64,000 nt of DNA from Trypanosoma brucei (GCA_000002445.1 CM000207.1:2336001-2400000), one strand, 5' to 3'. Counted from the first letter of the stretch, positions 44,595 through 56,269 are shown. The notes: generated by a model not told the origin, from the letters alone. Numbers and translations are program-made.

Positions 44595-45362
44595 ATGAGC
44601 ATCACTTTTCATAACTTATGGCTACTTTTAACAGTGTTATGCACCGCAGGTATTCGTGCTGACGCAAGTAAGGAGGAGTGTCCGGATAAGGGCTCTTATC
44701 CGGCAGCCGAGGACGTACTTGTATTGTGTCACGTTGCGGAGCAACTTCGAGGGTTACCGGATACAGTGAGTTCTGCTCTTGTTACTGCTGCTGCTGCTTC
44801 GAGTAAAGCATTTGAAGCAAAGGTACAAGCAGAGGAAGCTGTGGAACTTGCCGAGTCGAGAGGCCTAAACGTTACGAAAGCGAAGGAAGCTGCTGTGAGA
44901 GCAACACTCGCTGCTGAAGCTGCGGCTACGGCTGTGAGCTATGCGAATGCGCACGGCACGAAAGTTGGATCGATGACAGAAATACTTTGGGAGGCGGATG
45001 AAGAGTTGCGTGAACTTGTAGTGTGTAAGAGAATGGATGAAGAAACAATAAAAGCTGCTGCAGAGTGTACGGGCACAGCGGAAGTTGTAACAGCCCAATC
45101 ACTCAGTGAGGCACTAGAGGCATTGGCTAATCTACACTATGGTGATGAAAACGTTGCTGAAACCCTACGACGGAAAGATGTTGTGTTCCACAAAGAGCTG
45201 AAATCACTCGAAGGTTACGTGGAGGAGGCTGTTCATGCACAAAAACAGGCTGAGGATGCAGCTGCAGATGCCAATCAAGTAGCTACTGGAAATTCCGTCG
45301 CATCACCTGAAAAGTCAGTGCTGCTACTGATGGCTGGACTGTTTCTCGGTTCTGTACTGTAA
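44595..45362 (+). CDS. BARP: BARP-like alanine-rich surface protein, copy 8 (255 aa)
   Basis: Near-duplicate of copy 6, differing at a handful of residues (for example CHVAEQ vs CRVAEQ, LVTAAAASS vs LVNAATASS). Confidence 0.85.
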   Translation: MSITFHNLWLLLTVLCTAGIRADASKEECPDKGSYPAAEDVLVLCHVAEQLRGLPDTVSSALVTAAAASSKAFEAKVQAEEAVELAESRGLNVTKAKEAAVRATLAAEAAATAVSYANAHGTKVGSMTEILWEADEELRELVVCKRMDEETIKAAAECTGTAEVVTAQSLSEALEALANLHYGDENVAETLRRKDVVFHKELKSLEGYVEEAVHAQKQAEDAAADANQVATGNSVASPEKSVLLLMAGLFLGSVL

Positions 45363-46381
45363 GAGGTTGCAACTCCATGAATTGTGATCCCAACCATTCC
45401 ACTTGTCTCCACACAGTTATGTGCACATACAAGTGAGGCAGCAAACATCCTTTCACATTAGTATTATTTTCTATCAGTGGCTATTAATATTGTTATTTTA
45501 TTTTGTTTCATTTATACTTTCACTTTTATTATTCTTTTTACTTTACTTTACTTTTCCTTTACTGTGTTATCTTTCGAATATCTGTTCCAACTTTTATCCT
45601 TCATTTTTATAACTGTGCAGCTGAGGTGTGTCTATTTTCCTATTTTCATTTTTATTTTTTTCCTTTACCACCTTTGTTTTTTCATTATTTTATTCATGTA
45701 ATGCACTGAGGTGATTGCGTGTAAGCATGGCCACCTATGCGTTACAATAGTGACACTTTTTTTTTAATCAAAATCTATCATTCCTACGCATCCATAATGT
45801 CCTATTGTATGCGTAAAGCTAACTGATTCTGAGGGGTTTTATTTTATCATGAAGCAAAACTGTTACACTGTGGGTTTACCTTCACATATCTCTCTCCCAT
45901 TACTCATTACACTTATTTTATGTTGTATTCTCTCCCTTTTTATTTCATATCTCTATATTTTATGTTACTGTCAGTAGGTTGTATCGTAATAGTGTAGGAT
46001 ACCCTAAATGCTCAATACATGTGCTCTTACTGGTTCCATCAGATATTGATATTATCGTGTCTAATGAAATGACTATTGGAAGTTTGGATGTGTGCTATTG
46101 CATTGCCTCTCTGCTTTGTAATTATGATATTTGATTTCCACTGTCACTTAGAATTGTATTTAGTAGGGAGTGGGGACAGTTCCATGCTGTGATGTGTGCA
46201 GTGTGCTTAAATGATGAGCTGATTGACTGTAATGGTGTCACTACTCATATTGATACTATTAATGTTGCTATTCTTTGTATTTCCCACTGTTGATTCCAAT
46301 AATCTCTCCTAATTCTCATGACAAGAATCCACTACAAGACAGCAGACACAAGTTTCGATACCATCCAAATTAATAACAATT

Positions 46382-47362
46382 ATGAGCATCACTTTTCATA
46401 ATTTATGGCTACTTTTGACAGTGTTATGCACTGCAGGTATTCGTGCTGACCCAAGTAAGGAGGAGTGTCCGGATTTGGGAGGTTATCCATCAGCTGACGA
46501 CGTACTTGTATTGTGTTATTTGGCGGAACAACTTCGAGGGTTACCGGATACAATAAGTTCTGCTCTTGTTAATGCCGCTGCTGCTTCGAGTAAAGCATTT
46601 GAAGCAAAGGTACAAGCAGAGGAAGCTGTGGAACTTGCCGAGTCGAAAGGCCTAAACGTTACGAAAGCGAAGGAAGCTGCTGTGAGAGCAACACTCGCTG
46701 CTGAAGCTGCGGCCACGGCTGCAAGTAATGTGGAAATTAACGCTGCAAATATTTCTGCTTTCTCTATTGATTTTTTGGAGAGTGCGAACTTGTTGCTGTT
46801 TGAAGTTAGGGACGCAAAAGATGTTGGTGAAGACGTGAGAATCGTGGCGCAAAGGTGCACGGGTGAAGCGAACTTTGTTACGGTTGCTTCTCTAACCAAT
46901 GCACTGGATAATGTTACTTCTCTGTACTCCGTGTATGGTAAAGGCACGGCTTCTTTGAGTATGGAAAGTGTTGCCCTTTTGGAGGAGCTGAAGATGTTGG
47001 AAGATGGCTTGAAGAAGTCACAGGTTGCTGTTTCGGTGGCGGCTGACGCAGCAGACCAGTCGAAACTATTGGTAGATGCAGTTGAAGTATCGGGCAATAC
47101 TGCCAAAGGGGCTGTCAATAACCATAATACCGCAAATAATGAAAGCAACAAAGCAACAAGAAATAAAGATCAAGATGAAGGTAGAACAGTCGGAAACAAC
47201 GACAAGGAATTTACTATAACTTCTGAGGATTATACGAAGAAAAACCAAGGAGAAAACGGGGACCTGAGCTCGATTACCCTTACAGAAGATAGCGGAAGTT
47301 CTTTTATCGCTAAATATCCCTTTCACCTGTGTACCATATTCACTTTCTATACACTTCTATGA
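46382..47362 (+). CDS. Divergent BARP-family member, copy 9 (326 aa): canonical N-terminal half fused to an anciently diverged C-terminal half with a different GPI-like tail
   Basis: It is array-typical through ...AASNVEINAANI, then diverges (SAFSIDFLESANLLLFEV...). The remainder still aligns loosely to the BARP pattern: CTGEANFVTVASLTNALDNVTSLY vs CTKKAENVTAQSLNEALHRLENLY. It ends in an Asn/Thr-rich stretch and a hydrophobic tail (DSGSSFIAKYPFHLCTIFTFYTLL). The 170 bp downstream (47363–47530) is unrelated to the array consensus before the repeat resumes. Confidence 0.7.
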   Translation: MSITFHNLWLLLTVLCTAGIRADPSKEECPDLGGYPSADDVLVLCYLAEQLRGLPDTISSALVNAAAASSKAFEAKVQAEEAVELAESKGLNVTKAKEAAVRATLAAEAAATAASNVEINAANISAFSIDFLESANLLLFEVRDAKDVGEDVRIVAQRCTGEANFVTVASLTNALDNVTSLYSVYGKGTASLSMESVALLEELKMLEDGLKKSQVAVSVAADAADQSKLLVDAVEVSGNTAKGAVNNHNTANNESNKATRNKDQDEGRTVGNNDKEFTITSEDYTKKNQGENGDLSSITLTEDSGSSFIAKYPFHLCTIFTFYTLL

Positions 47363-48321
47363 TAAGCGACGGCGTAACAATTTTTGTCACAAACACATTC
47401 CGAGACGTCATTTAATTAATACAATCATGAATTAAACTTATCCACGGTATATACAAAAGTGCGACTTTCCACGAAAAGGTCGTCATCTTTTCCCTAAAAC
47501 ACCTTCTCTTGTATTTTATAAAAAGTTGTTGTTGCTTTTATCTTTCTTTTTTATAACTGTGCAGCTGAGGTGCGTCTATTTTCCTATTTTCATTTTTATT
47601 TTTTTCCTTTACTAACTTTGTTTTTTCATTATTTTATTCATGTAATGCACTGAGGTGATTGCGTGTAAGCATGGCCACCTATGCGTTACCATTGTAAAAC
47701 CGTGTTACTAAAACGTATCATTCCTACGCATCCATAATGTCCTATTGTATGCGTAAAGCTAACTGATTCTGAGGGTTTTTATTTTATCATGAAGCAAAAA
47801 TGTTACACTGTGGGTTTACCTTCACATATCTCTCTCCCATTACTCATTACACTTATTTTATGTTGTATTCTCTCCCTTTTTATTTCATATCTCTATATTT
47901 TATGTTACTGTCAGTAGGTTGTATCGTAATAGTGTAGGATACCCTAAATACTCAATACATGTGCTCTTGTTGATTCGATCAGATATTGATATTATCGTGT
48001 CTAATGAAATGACTATTGGAAGTTTGGGTGTGTGCTATTGCATTGCCTCTCTGCTTTGTAATTATGATATTTGATTTCCACTGTCACTTAGAATTGTATT
48101 TAGTAGGGAGCGGGGACAGTTCCATGCTGTGATGTGTGCAGTGTGCTTAAATGATGAGCTGATTGACTGTAATGGTGTCACTACTCATATTGATACTATT
48201 AATGTTGCTATTCCCTGTATTTCCTACTGTTGATTCCATTAATCTCTCCTAATTCTCATGACAAGAATCCACTACAAGACAGCACACACAAGTTTCGATA
48301 CCATCCAAATTAATAACAATT

Positions 48322-49104
48322 ATGAGCATCACTTTTAATAATTTATGGCTACTTTTGACAGTGTTATGCACTTCAGGTATTCGTGCTCATCATGTCTGGA
48401 ATGATTGCTTTGCTGATGGAAACCATCCACCTGTAGATGAGATTCCCGTCTTGTGTCGTGTGGCGGAACAACTTCGAGGTTTACCGGATACAATAAGTTC
48501 TGCTGTGGAAACTGCCGCTGCTGCTTCGAGTAAAGCATTTGAAGCAAAGGTACAAGCAGAGGAAGCTGTGGAACTTGCCGAGTCGAAAGGCCTAAACGTT
48601 ACGAAAGCGAAGGAAGCTGCTGTGAGAGCAACACTCGCTGCTGAAGCTGCGGCTACGGCTGCAAGTAATGTGGAAATTAACGCTGCAAATATTGCTGCGG
48701 TGCCGTGGTCACAACGAAGACAGGATGTGGGGTTACAGGAACTTGCACTATGCGACAATGTGGACAAGGATGTACGAGAGGCGGCAGCAAAGTGTACAAA
48801 GAAAGCGGACAACGTGACAGCCCAATCGCTCAGTGCGGCACTAGAAGCGTTGGAGAATTTATACACTGATGTGAATACCCGGGAGACCTTGCGGCGGGAA
48901 GATGTTGAGTTTCACACGGAGCTGAAATCGTTAGAGGAACATGTGGAGGAGGCTGTCCGTGCACAAAAACAAGCTGAGGATGCAGCTGCAGATGCAATTA
49001 AAATAGCCGGTACAAATACGGGACCAGTTGTGAATTCCGTTGCATCACCTGAAGGGTCGGTGCTGCTACTGATGGCTGGATTGTTTCTCGGTTCTGTACT
49101 GTAA
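48322..49104 (+). CDS. BARP: BARP-like alanine-rich surface protein, copy 10 (260 aa)
   Basis: N-terminal variable segment HHVWNDCFADGNHPPVDEIPVLC (copy-5 type); conserved core and GPI signal. Confidence 0.85.
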   Translation: MSITFNNLWLLLTVLCTSGIRAHHVWNDCFADGNHPPVDEIPVLCRVAEQLRGLPDTISSAVETAAAASSKAFEAKVQAEEAVELAESKGLNVTKAKEAAVRATLAAEAAATAASNVEINAANIAAVPWSQRRQDVGLQELALCDNVDKDVREAAAKCTKKADNVTAQSLSAALEALENLYTDVNTRETLRREDVEFHTELKSLEEHVEEAVRAQKQAEDAAADAIKIAGTNTGPVVNSVASPEGSVLLLMAGLFLGSVL

Positions 49105-50117
49105 GAGGTTGCAACTCCATGAATTGTGATCCCAACCATTCCACTTGTCTCCACACAGTTATGTGCACATACAAGTGAGGCAGCAAACATCCTTTGATAT
49201 TAGTATTATTTTCTATCAGTGGCTATTAATATTGTTATTTTATTTTGTTTCATTTATACTTTCACTTTTATTATTCTTTTTACTTTACTTTACTTTTCCT
49301 TTCATTATTTTATCTTTCGAATATCTGTTGTAACTTTTATCCTTCATTTTTATAACTGATTTTCTAGTGTGTTTATTGCCCTACTTTTAGTTGTATTTTT
49401 TCCTTTATTACCTTTTTTATTTCATTATTTTATTCATGTAATGCACTGAGGTGATTGCGTGTAAGCATGGCCACCTATGCGTTACCATTGTAAAACCGTT
49501 TTGCTAAAATCTATCATTCCTACGCATCCATAATGTCCTATTGTATGCGTAAAGCTAACTGATTCTGAGGGTCTTTATTTTATCATGAAGCAAAACTGTT
49601 ACACTGTGGGTTTACCTTCACATATCTCTCTCCCATTACTCATTACACTTATTTTATGTTGTATTCTCTCCCTTTTTATTTCATATCTCTATATTTTATG
49701 TTACTGTCAGTAGGTTGTATCGTAATAGTGTAGGATACCCTAAATGCTCAATACATGTGCTCTTACTGATTCGATCAGATATTGATATTATCGTGTCTAA
49801 TGAAATGACTATTGGAAGTTTGGGTGTGTGCTATTGCATTGCCTCTCTGCTTTGTAATTATGATATTTGATTTCCACTGTCACTTAGAATTGTATTTAGT
49901 AGGGAGTGGGGACAGTTCCATGCTGTGATGTGTGCAGTGTGCTTAACTGATGAGCTGATTGACTGTAATGGTGTCACTACTCATATTGATACTATTGTTG
50001 TTGCTATTCTTTGTATTTCCCACTGTTGATTCCATTAATCTCTCCTAATTCTCATGACAAGAATCCACTACAAGACAGCAGACACAAGTTTCGATACCAT
50101 CCAAATTAATAACAATT

Positions 50118-50900
50118 ATGAGCATCACTTTTCATAACTTATGGCTACTTTTGACAGTGTTATGCACTGCAGGTATTCGTGCTGACTATATCTGGAACAA
50201 CTGCTCTGTTGAAAACAGTCATCCTCCGCTGGAAGAAATACGTGTCTTGTGTCGTGTGGCGGAACAGCTTCGAGGGTTACCGGAGACAGTAAGTTCTGCT
50301 GTGGAAACTGCCGCTGCTGCTTCGAGTAAAGCATTTGAAGCAAAGGTACAAGCAGAGGAAGCTGTGGAACTTGCCGAGTCGAGAGGTCTAAACGTTACGA
50401 AAGCAAAGGAAGCTGCTGTGAGAGCAACACTCGCTGCTGAAGCTGCGGCCACGGCTGCAAGTAATGTGGAAATTAACGCTGCAAATATTGCTGCGGTGCC
50501 GTGGTTACAACCAATCTCTGATGCAGGTTTGGAAAACCTTTCTAAATGCGAGCACATAGACAAGTATGTGCAGGAGGCGGCAGCAGAGTGCTCAAAGAAA
50601 GCAGAACATGTGACGGCTCAATCGCTTAGTGCGGCACTGGAAGGGTTGGAGAATCTATTCACTGATGTGAGTACTAGGGAAGCCTTACGGAAGGAAACCA
50701 TTGAGTTTCACACTGAGCTGAAATCGTTAGAGGAACATGTCGAAGAGGCTGTCCGTGCACAAAAACGGGCTGAGGATGCAGCTGCATATGCGAATCAAAC
50801 AGTCGGTACAAATACGGGACCAGTTGGAAATTCTGTTGCATCACCTGAAGGGTCAGTGCTGCTACTGATGGCTGGACTGTTTCTCGGTTCTGTACTGTAA
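50118..50900 (+). CDS. BARP: BARP-like alanine-rich surface protein, copy 11 (260 aa)
   Basis: N-terminal variable segment DYIWNNCSVENSHPPLEEIRVLC; conserved core and GPI signal. Confidence 0.85.
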   Translation: MSITFHNLWLLLTVLCTAGIRADYIWNNCSVENSHPPLEEIRVLCRVAEQLRGLPETVSSAVETAAAASSKAFEAKVQAEEAVELAESRGLNVTKAKEAAVRATLAAEAAATAASNVEINAANIAAVPWLQPISDAGLENLSKCEHIDKYVQEAAAECSKKAEHVTAQSLSAALEGLENLFTDVSTREALRKETIEFHTELKSLEEHVEEAVRAQKRAEDAAAYANQTVGTNTGPVGNSVASPEGSVLLLMAGLFLGSVL

Positions 50901-51913
50901 GAGGTTGCAACTCCATGAATTGTGATCCCAACCATTCCACTTGTCTCCACACAGTTATGTGCACATACAAGTGAGGCAACAAATATCCTTTGATATTAGT
51001 ATTATTTTCTATCAGTGGCTATTAATATTGTTATTTTATTTTGTTTCATTTATACTTTCATTTTTATTATTCTTTTTACTTTACTTTTCCTTTCATTATT
51101 TTATCTTTCGAATATCTGTTGTAACTTTTATCCTTCATTTTTATAACTGATTTTCTAGTGTGTTTATTGCCCTACTTTTTAGCTATATTTTTTCCTTTAT
51201 TACCTTTTTTATTTCATTATTTTATTCATGTATTGCACTGAGGTGATTGCGTGTAAGCATGGCCACCTATGCGTTACAATAGTGACACTTTTTTTTTAAT
51301 CAAAATCTATCATTCCTACGCATCCATAATGTCCTATTGTATGCGTAAAGCTAACTGATTCTGAGGGGTTTTATTTTATCATGAAGCAAAAATGTTACAC
51401 TGTGGGTTTACCTTCACATATCTCTCTCCCATTACTCATTACACTTATTTTATGTTGTATTCTCTCCCTTTTTATTTCATATCTCTATATTTTATGTTAC
51501 TGTCAGTAGGTTGTATCGTAATAGTGTAGGATACCCTAAATACTCAATACATGTGCTCTTACTGATTCCATCAGATATTGATATTATCGTGTCTAATGAA
51601 ATGACTATTGGAAGTTTGGGTGTGTGCTATTGCATTGCCTCTCTGCTTTGTAATTATGATATTTGATTTCCACTGTCACTTAGAATTGTATTTAGTAGGG
51701 AGTGGGGACAGTTCCATGCTGTGATGTGTGCAGTGTGCTTAACTGATGAGCTGATTGACTGTAATGGTGTCACTACTCATATTGATACTATTGTTGTTGC
51801 TATTCTTTGTATTTCCCACTGTTGATTCCAATAATCTCTCCTAATTCTCATGACAAGAATCCACTACAAGACAGCAGACACAAGTTTCGATACCATCCAA
51901 ATTAATAACAATT

Positions 51914-52678
51914 ATGAGCATCACTTTTCATAACTTATGGCTACTTTTGACAGTGTTATGCACTGCAGGTATTCGTGCTGACGATATCTGGAACGACTGC
52001 CTTGCCAGCAGTAATGGTCCACCACTGAAACACATAGAAGTGTTATGTAATTTGGCGGAACAACTTCGAGGTTTACCGGATACAGTAAGTTCTGCTGTGA
52101 TTTCTGTAACGGAAGCATCTATAAAGGCCTCGAAAGCAAAGGTACAAGCAGAGGAAGCTGTGGAACTTGCCGAGTCGAAAGGCCTAAACGTTACGAAAGC
52201 GAAGGAAGCTGCTGTGAGAGCAACACTCGCTGCTGAAGCTGCGGCTACGGCTGCAAGTAATGTGGAAATTAACGCTGCAAATATTGCTGAACTTCCTTGG
52301 TCTCAAAGGAGGAGAGACGCTGGTTTGCAGAATATTGAACACTGCAAAAATTTGGATAAGGATGTACGAGAGGCAGCAGTAAAGTGTACAAAGAAAGCGG
52401 AGAACGTGACAGCCGATTCTCTCCGTGCGGCACTGGAAGGGTTGGAAACATTGTTCAGCGACGTTTACATACTAGTAACGTTGCGGAAGGAAAAAGTTGA
52501 GATGCAGGAAGAAATGCAATCGTTAGAACAAAACGCAGCGACAGTCCTTCGTGTACTTCAAAAGGCTGAGGATGCAGCAGCTGATGCAAATCGAGAAGCC
52601 CTTGGAAATTCCGTTGCATCACCTGAAGGCTCGGTGCTGCTACTGATGGCTGGATTGTTTCTCGGTTCTGTACTGTAA
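51914..52678 (+). CDS. BARP: BARP-like alanine-rich surface protein, copy 12 (254 aa)
   Basis: N-terminal variable segment DDIWNDCLASSNGPPLKHIEVLC. The segment after the N-terminal variable block is divergent (VISVTEASIKASKAKVQAEE). The C-terminus is shortened (ANREALGNSVASPEGS...). Confidence 0.85.
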   Translation: MSITFHNLWLLLTVLCTAGIRADDIWNDCLASSNGPPLKHIEVLCNLAEQLRGLPDTVSSAVISVTEASIKASKAKVQAEEAVELAESKGLNVTKAKEAAVRATLAAEAAATAASNVEINAANIAELPWSQRRRDAGLQNIEHCKNLDKDVREAAVKCTKKAENVTADSLRAALEGLETLFSDVYILVTLRKEKVEMQEEMQSLEQNAATVLRVLQKAEDAAADANREALGNSVASPEGSVLLLMAGLFLGSVL

Positions 52679-53688
52679 GAGGTTGCAACTCCATGAATTG
52701 TGATCCCAACCATTCCACTTGTCTCCACACAGTTATGTGCACATACAAGTGAGGCAACAAACATCCTTTCATATTAACCTTATTTTCTATCAGTGGCTAT
52801 TAATATTGTTATTTTATTTTGTTTCATTTATACTTTCACTTTTATTATTCTTTTTACTTTACTTTTCCTTTCATTATTTTATCTTTCGAATATCTGTTCC
52901 AACTTTTATCCTTCATTTTTATAACTGATTTTCTAGTGTGTTTATTGCCCTACTTTTAGTTGTATTTTTTCCTTTATTACCTTTTTTATTTCATTATTTT
53001 ATTCATGTAATGCACTGAGGTGATTGCGTGTAAGCATGGCCATCTATGCGTTACAATAGTGACACTTTTTTTTATCAAAATCTATCATTCCTACGCATCC
53101 ATAATGTCCTATTGTATGCGTAAAGCTAACTGATTCTGAGGGTTTTTATTTTATCATGAAGCAAAAATGTTACACTGTGGGTTTACCTTTACATATCTCT
53201 CTCCCATTACTCATTACACTTATTTTATGTTGTATTCTCTCCCTTTTTATTTCATATCTCTATATTTTATGTTACTGTCAGTATGTTGTATCGTAATAGT
53301 GTAGGATACCCTAAATGCTCAATACATGTGCTCTTACTGATTCGATCAGATATTGATATTATCGTGTCTAATGAAATGACTATTGGAAGTTTGGGTGTGT
53401 GCTATTGCATTGCCTCTCTGCTTTGTAATTATGATATTTGATTTCCACTGTCACTTAGAATTGTATTTAGTAGGGAGTGGGGACAGTTCCATGCTGTGAT
53501 GTGTGCAGTGTGCTTAAATGATGAGCTGATTGACTGTAATGGTGTCACTACTCATATTGATACTATTGTTGTTGCTATTCTTTGCATTTCCCACTGTTGA
53601 TTCCATTAATCTCTCCTAATTCTCATGACAAGAATCCACTACAAGACAGCAGACACAAGTTTCGATACCATCCGAATAAATAACAATT

Positions 53689-54474
53689 ATGAGCATCACT
53701 TTTCATAATTTATGGCTACTTTTGACAGTGTTATGCACTGCAGGTATTCGTGGTGATCGAGTCTGGTACGATTGTCCAGAAAAAGGAGTGGACACATCGC
53801 GGGACGACATACAAGCTTTGTGCCGTGCAGCGGAGCAGTTCAGAGGCCTATCACAAACAGTAACATCTGCTGTGGAAACTTCCGCGGCTGCTTCAAGTAA
53901 AGCATTTGAAGCAAAGGTACAAGCAGAGGAAGCTGTGGAACTTGCCGAGTCGAGAGGCCTAAACGTTACGAAAGCGAAGGAAGCTGCTGTGAGAGCAACA
54001 CTCGCTGCTGAAGCTGCGGCCACGGCTGCAAGTAATGTGGAAATTGACGCTGCAAATATTGCTGCGGTGCCGTGGTCACAACCAAGCAGTGATGCAGGTT
54101 TACAAAAGCTGGCACTTTGTGAAAACATCGACAAGAGTTTACGACAGTTGGCATCAAAGTGCTCGAAGAGAGCGGAAAACGTGACGGCCCAATCGCTCAG
54201 TGAGGCGTTGGAGGGACTAAGAAAACTACACTACAATGATGTATACGTTAAGGAAATATTAGAGAGAGAAGATGTTGAGTTCCACAAAGAGTTTATGTGG
54301 TTACAGCACCACCTCCGGGAGGCTGTCCGTGCACAAAAACAGGCTGAGGATGCAGCTGCAGAGGCGAATGAAATAGCCGGCACAAATACGGGACCAGTTG
54401 GAAATTCCGTTGCATCACCTGAAGGGTCAGTGCTGCTACTGATGGCTGGACTGTTTCTCGGTTCTGTACTGTAA
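53689..54474 (+). CDS. BARP: BARP-like alanine-rich surface protein, copy 13 (261 aa)
   Basis: N-terminal variable segment DRVWYDCPEKGVDTSRDDIQALC; conserved core and GPI signal. Confidence 0.85.
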   Translation: MSITFHNLWLLLTVLCTAGIRGDRVWYDCPEKGVDTSRDDIQALCRAAEQFRGLSQTVTSAVETSAAASSKAFEAKVQAEEAVELAESRGLNVTKAKEAAVRATLAAEAAATAASNVEIDAANIAAVPWSQPSSDAGLQKLALCENIDKSLRQLASKCSKRAENVTAQSLSEALEGLRKLHYNDVYVKEILEREDVEFHKEFMWLQHHLREAVRAQKQAEDAAAEANEIAGTNTGPVGNSVASPEGSVLLLMAGLFLGSVL

Positions 54475-55486
54475 GAGGTTGCAACTCCATGAATTGTGAT
54501 CCCAACCATTCCACTTGTCTCCACACAGTTATGTGCACATACAAGTGGGGCAGCAAACATCCTTTCATATTAACCTTATTTTCTATCAGTGGCTATTAAT
54601 ATTGTTATTTTATTTTGTTTCATTTATACTTTCACTTTTATTATTCTTTTTACTTTACTTTACTTTTCCTTTCATTATTTTATCTTTCGAATATCTGTTG
54701 TAGCTTTTATCCTTCATTTTTATAACTGATTTTCTAGTGTGTTTATTGCCCTACTTTTAGTTGTATTTTTTCCTTTATTACCTTATTTTTCATTATTTTA
54801 TTCATGTATTGCACTGAGGTGATTGCGTGTAAGCATGGCCATCTATGCGTTACAATAGTGACACTTTTTTAATCAAAATCTATCATTCCTACGCATCCAT
54901 AATGTCCTATTGTATGCGTAAAGCTAACTGATTCTGAGGGTTTTTATTTTATCATGAAGCAAAACTGTTACACTGTGGGTTTACCTTCACATATCTCTCT
55001 CCCATTACTCATTACACTTATTTTATGTTGAATTCTCTCCCTTTTTATTTCATATCTCTATATTTTATGTTACTGTCAGTAGGTTGTATCGTAATAGTGT
55101 AGGATACCCTAAATACTCAATACATGTGCTCTTACTGATTCCATCAGATATTGATATTATCGTGTCTAATGAAATGACTATTGGAAGTTTGGGTGTGTGC
55201 TATTGCATTGCCTCTCTGCTTTGTAATTATGATATTTGATTTCCACTGTCACTTAGAATTGTATTTAGTAGGGAGTGGGGACAGTTCCATGCTGTGATGT
55301 GTGCAGTGTGCTTAAATGATGAGCTGATTGACTGTAATGGTGTCACTACTCATATTGATACTATTGTTGTTGCTATTCTTTGTATTTCCCACTGTTGATT
55401 CCGTTAATCTCTCCTAATTCTCATGACAAGAATCCACTACAAGACAGCAGACACAAGTTTCGATACCATCCAAATTAATAACAATT

Positions 55487-56269
55487 ATGAGCATCACTTT
55501 TCATAACTTATGGCTACTTTTGACAGTGTTATGCACTGCAGGTATTCGTGCTGACGATATCTTGAATAATTGCTCTGCTGGTAGGAAACCCCCACCGGCA
55601 GTATACGTAACTGCCTTGTGTCGTGTGGCGGAACAACTTCGAGGGTTAGGAGGGACTATTAGTTCCTCTCTTCTTACTGTAACTTCCGCGTCAAGTAAAG
55701 CATTCAAAGCAAAGGTACAAGCAGAGAAGGCTGTGAAACTTGCCGAGTCGAGAGGCCTAAACGTTACGAAAGCGAAGGAAGCTGCTGTGAGAGCAACACT
55801 CGCTGCTGAAGCTGCGGCCACGGCTGTGAGCTATTGTATTACCCATTCTACGAAAGTTGGGTCAATTGCAGAGATGCTATGGGAGGTAGATGAGGAGCTG
55901 CATGTTTTTTCGTTATGTGGTAACAAAGACAGGGATGTACAAGATACGGCATTAAAGTGTACTGATACAGCGGAAGGTGTAACAGCCCAATCGCTCAGTG
56001 AGGCGCTAGAAGGGTTAGCTAAATTAGTTTTTGACGACAACGTTGCTAGAAAGTTGCGGCAGGAAGATACTGTGTTCCAGAGAGAATTTATGTGGTTACA
56101 GCAGCACATGGAGGAGGCTGTCCGTGCACAAAAACAAGCTGAGGATGCAGCTGCAGATGCAAATGAAACAGCCGGCCCAAATACGGGACCAGTTGTGAAT
56201 TCTGTTGCATCACCTGAAGGGTCAGTGCTGCTACTGATGGCTGGACTGTTTCTCGGTTCTGTACTGTAA
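55487..56269 (+). CDS. BARP: BARP-like alanine-rich surface protein, copy 14 (260 aa)
   Basis: N-terminal variable segment DDILNNCSAGRKPPPAVYVTALC. The core has substitutions (KAFKAKVQAEKAVKLAE). The central block (AVSYCITHSTKVGSIAEMLWEVDEELHVFSLCGNKDRDVQD) is related to that of copies 6 and 8. Confidence 0.85.
   Translation: MSITFHNLWLLLTVLCTAGIRADDILNNCSAGRKPPPAVYVTALCRVAEQLRGLGGTISSSLLTVTSASSKAFKAKVQAEKAVKLAESRGLNVTKAKEAAVRATLAAEAAATAVSYCITHSTKVGSIAEMLWEVDEELHVFSLCGNKDRDVQDTALKCTDTAEGVTAQSLSEALEGLAKLVFDDNVARKLRQEDTVFQREFMWLQQHMEEAVRAQKQAEDAAADANETAGPNTGPVVNSVASPEGSVLLLMAGLFLGSVL

Noticed and set aside
32620-54703. Repeated small + strand ORFs in the spacers (MSPHSYVHIQVRQQTSFDINLIFYQWLLILLFYF..., and the 94-aa MKQNCYTVSLPSHISLPLLITLIL... 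seen intact only at 40430..40714)
   Set aside because: These are hydrophobic, low-complexity translations of AT-rich UTR DNA. The reading frame is broken by stops in most units, so it is not conserved as coding while the nucleotide sequence is. This is consistent with a non-coding regulatory spacer.
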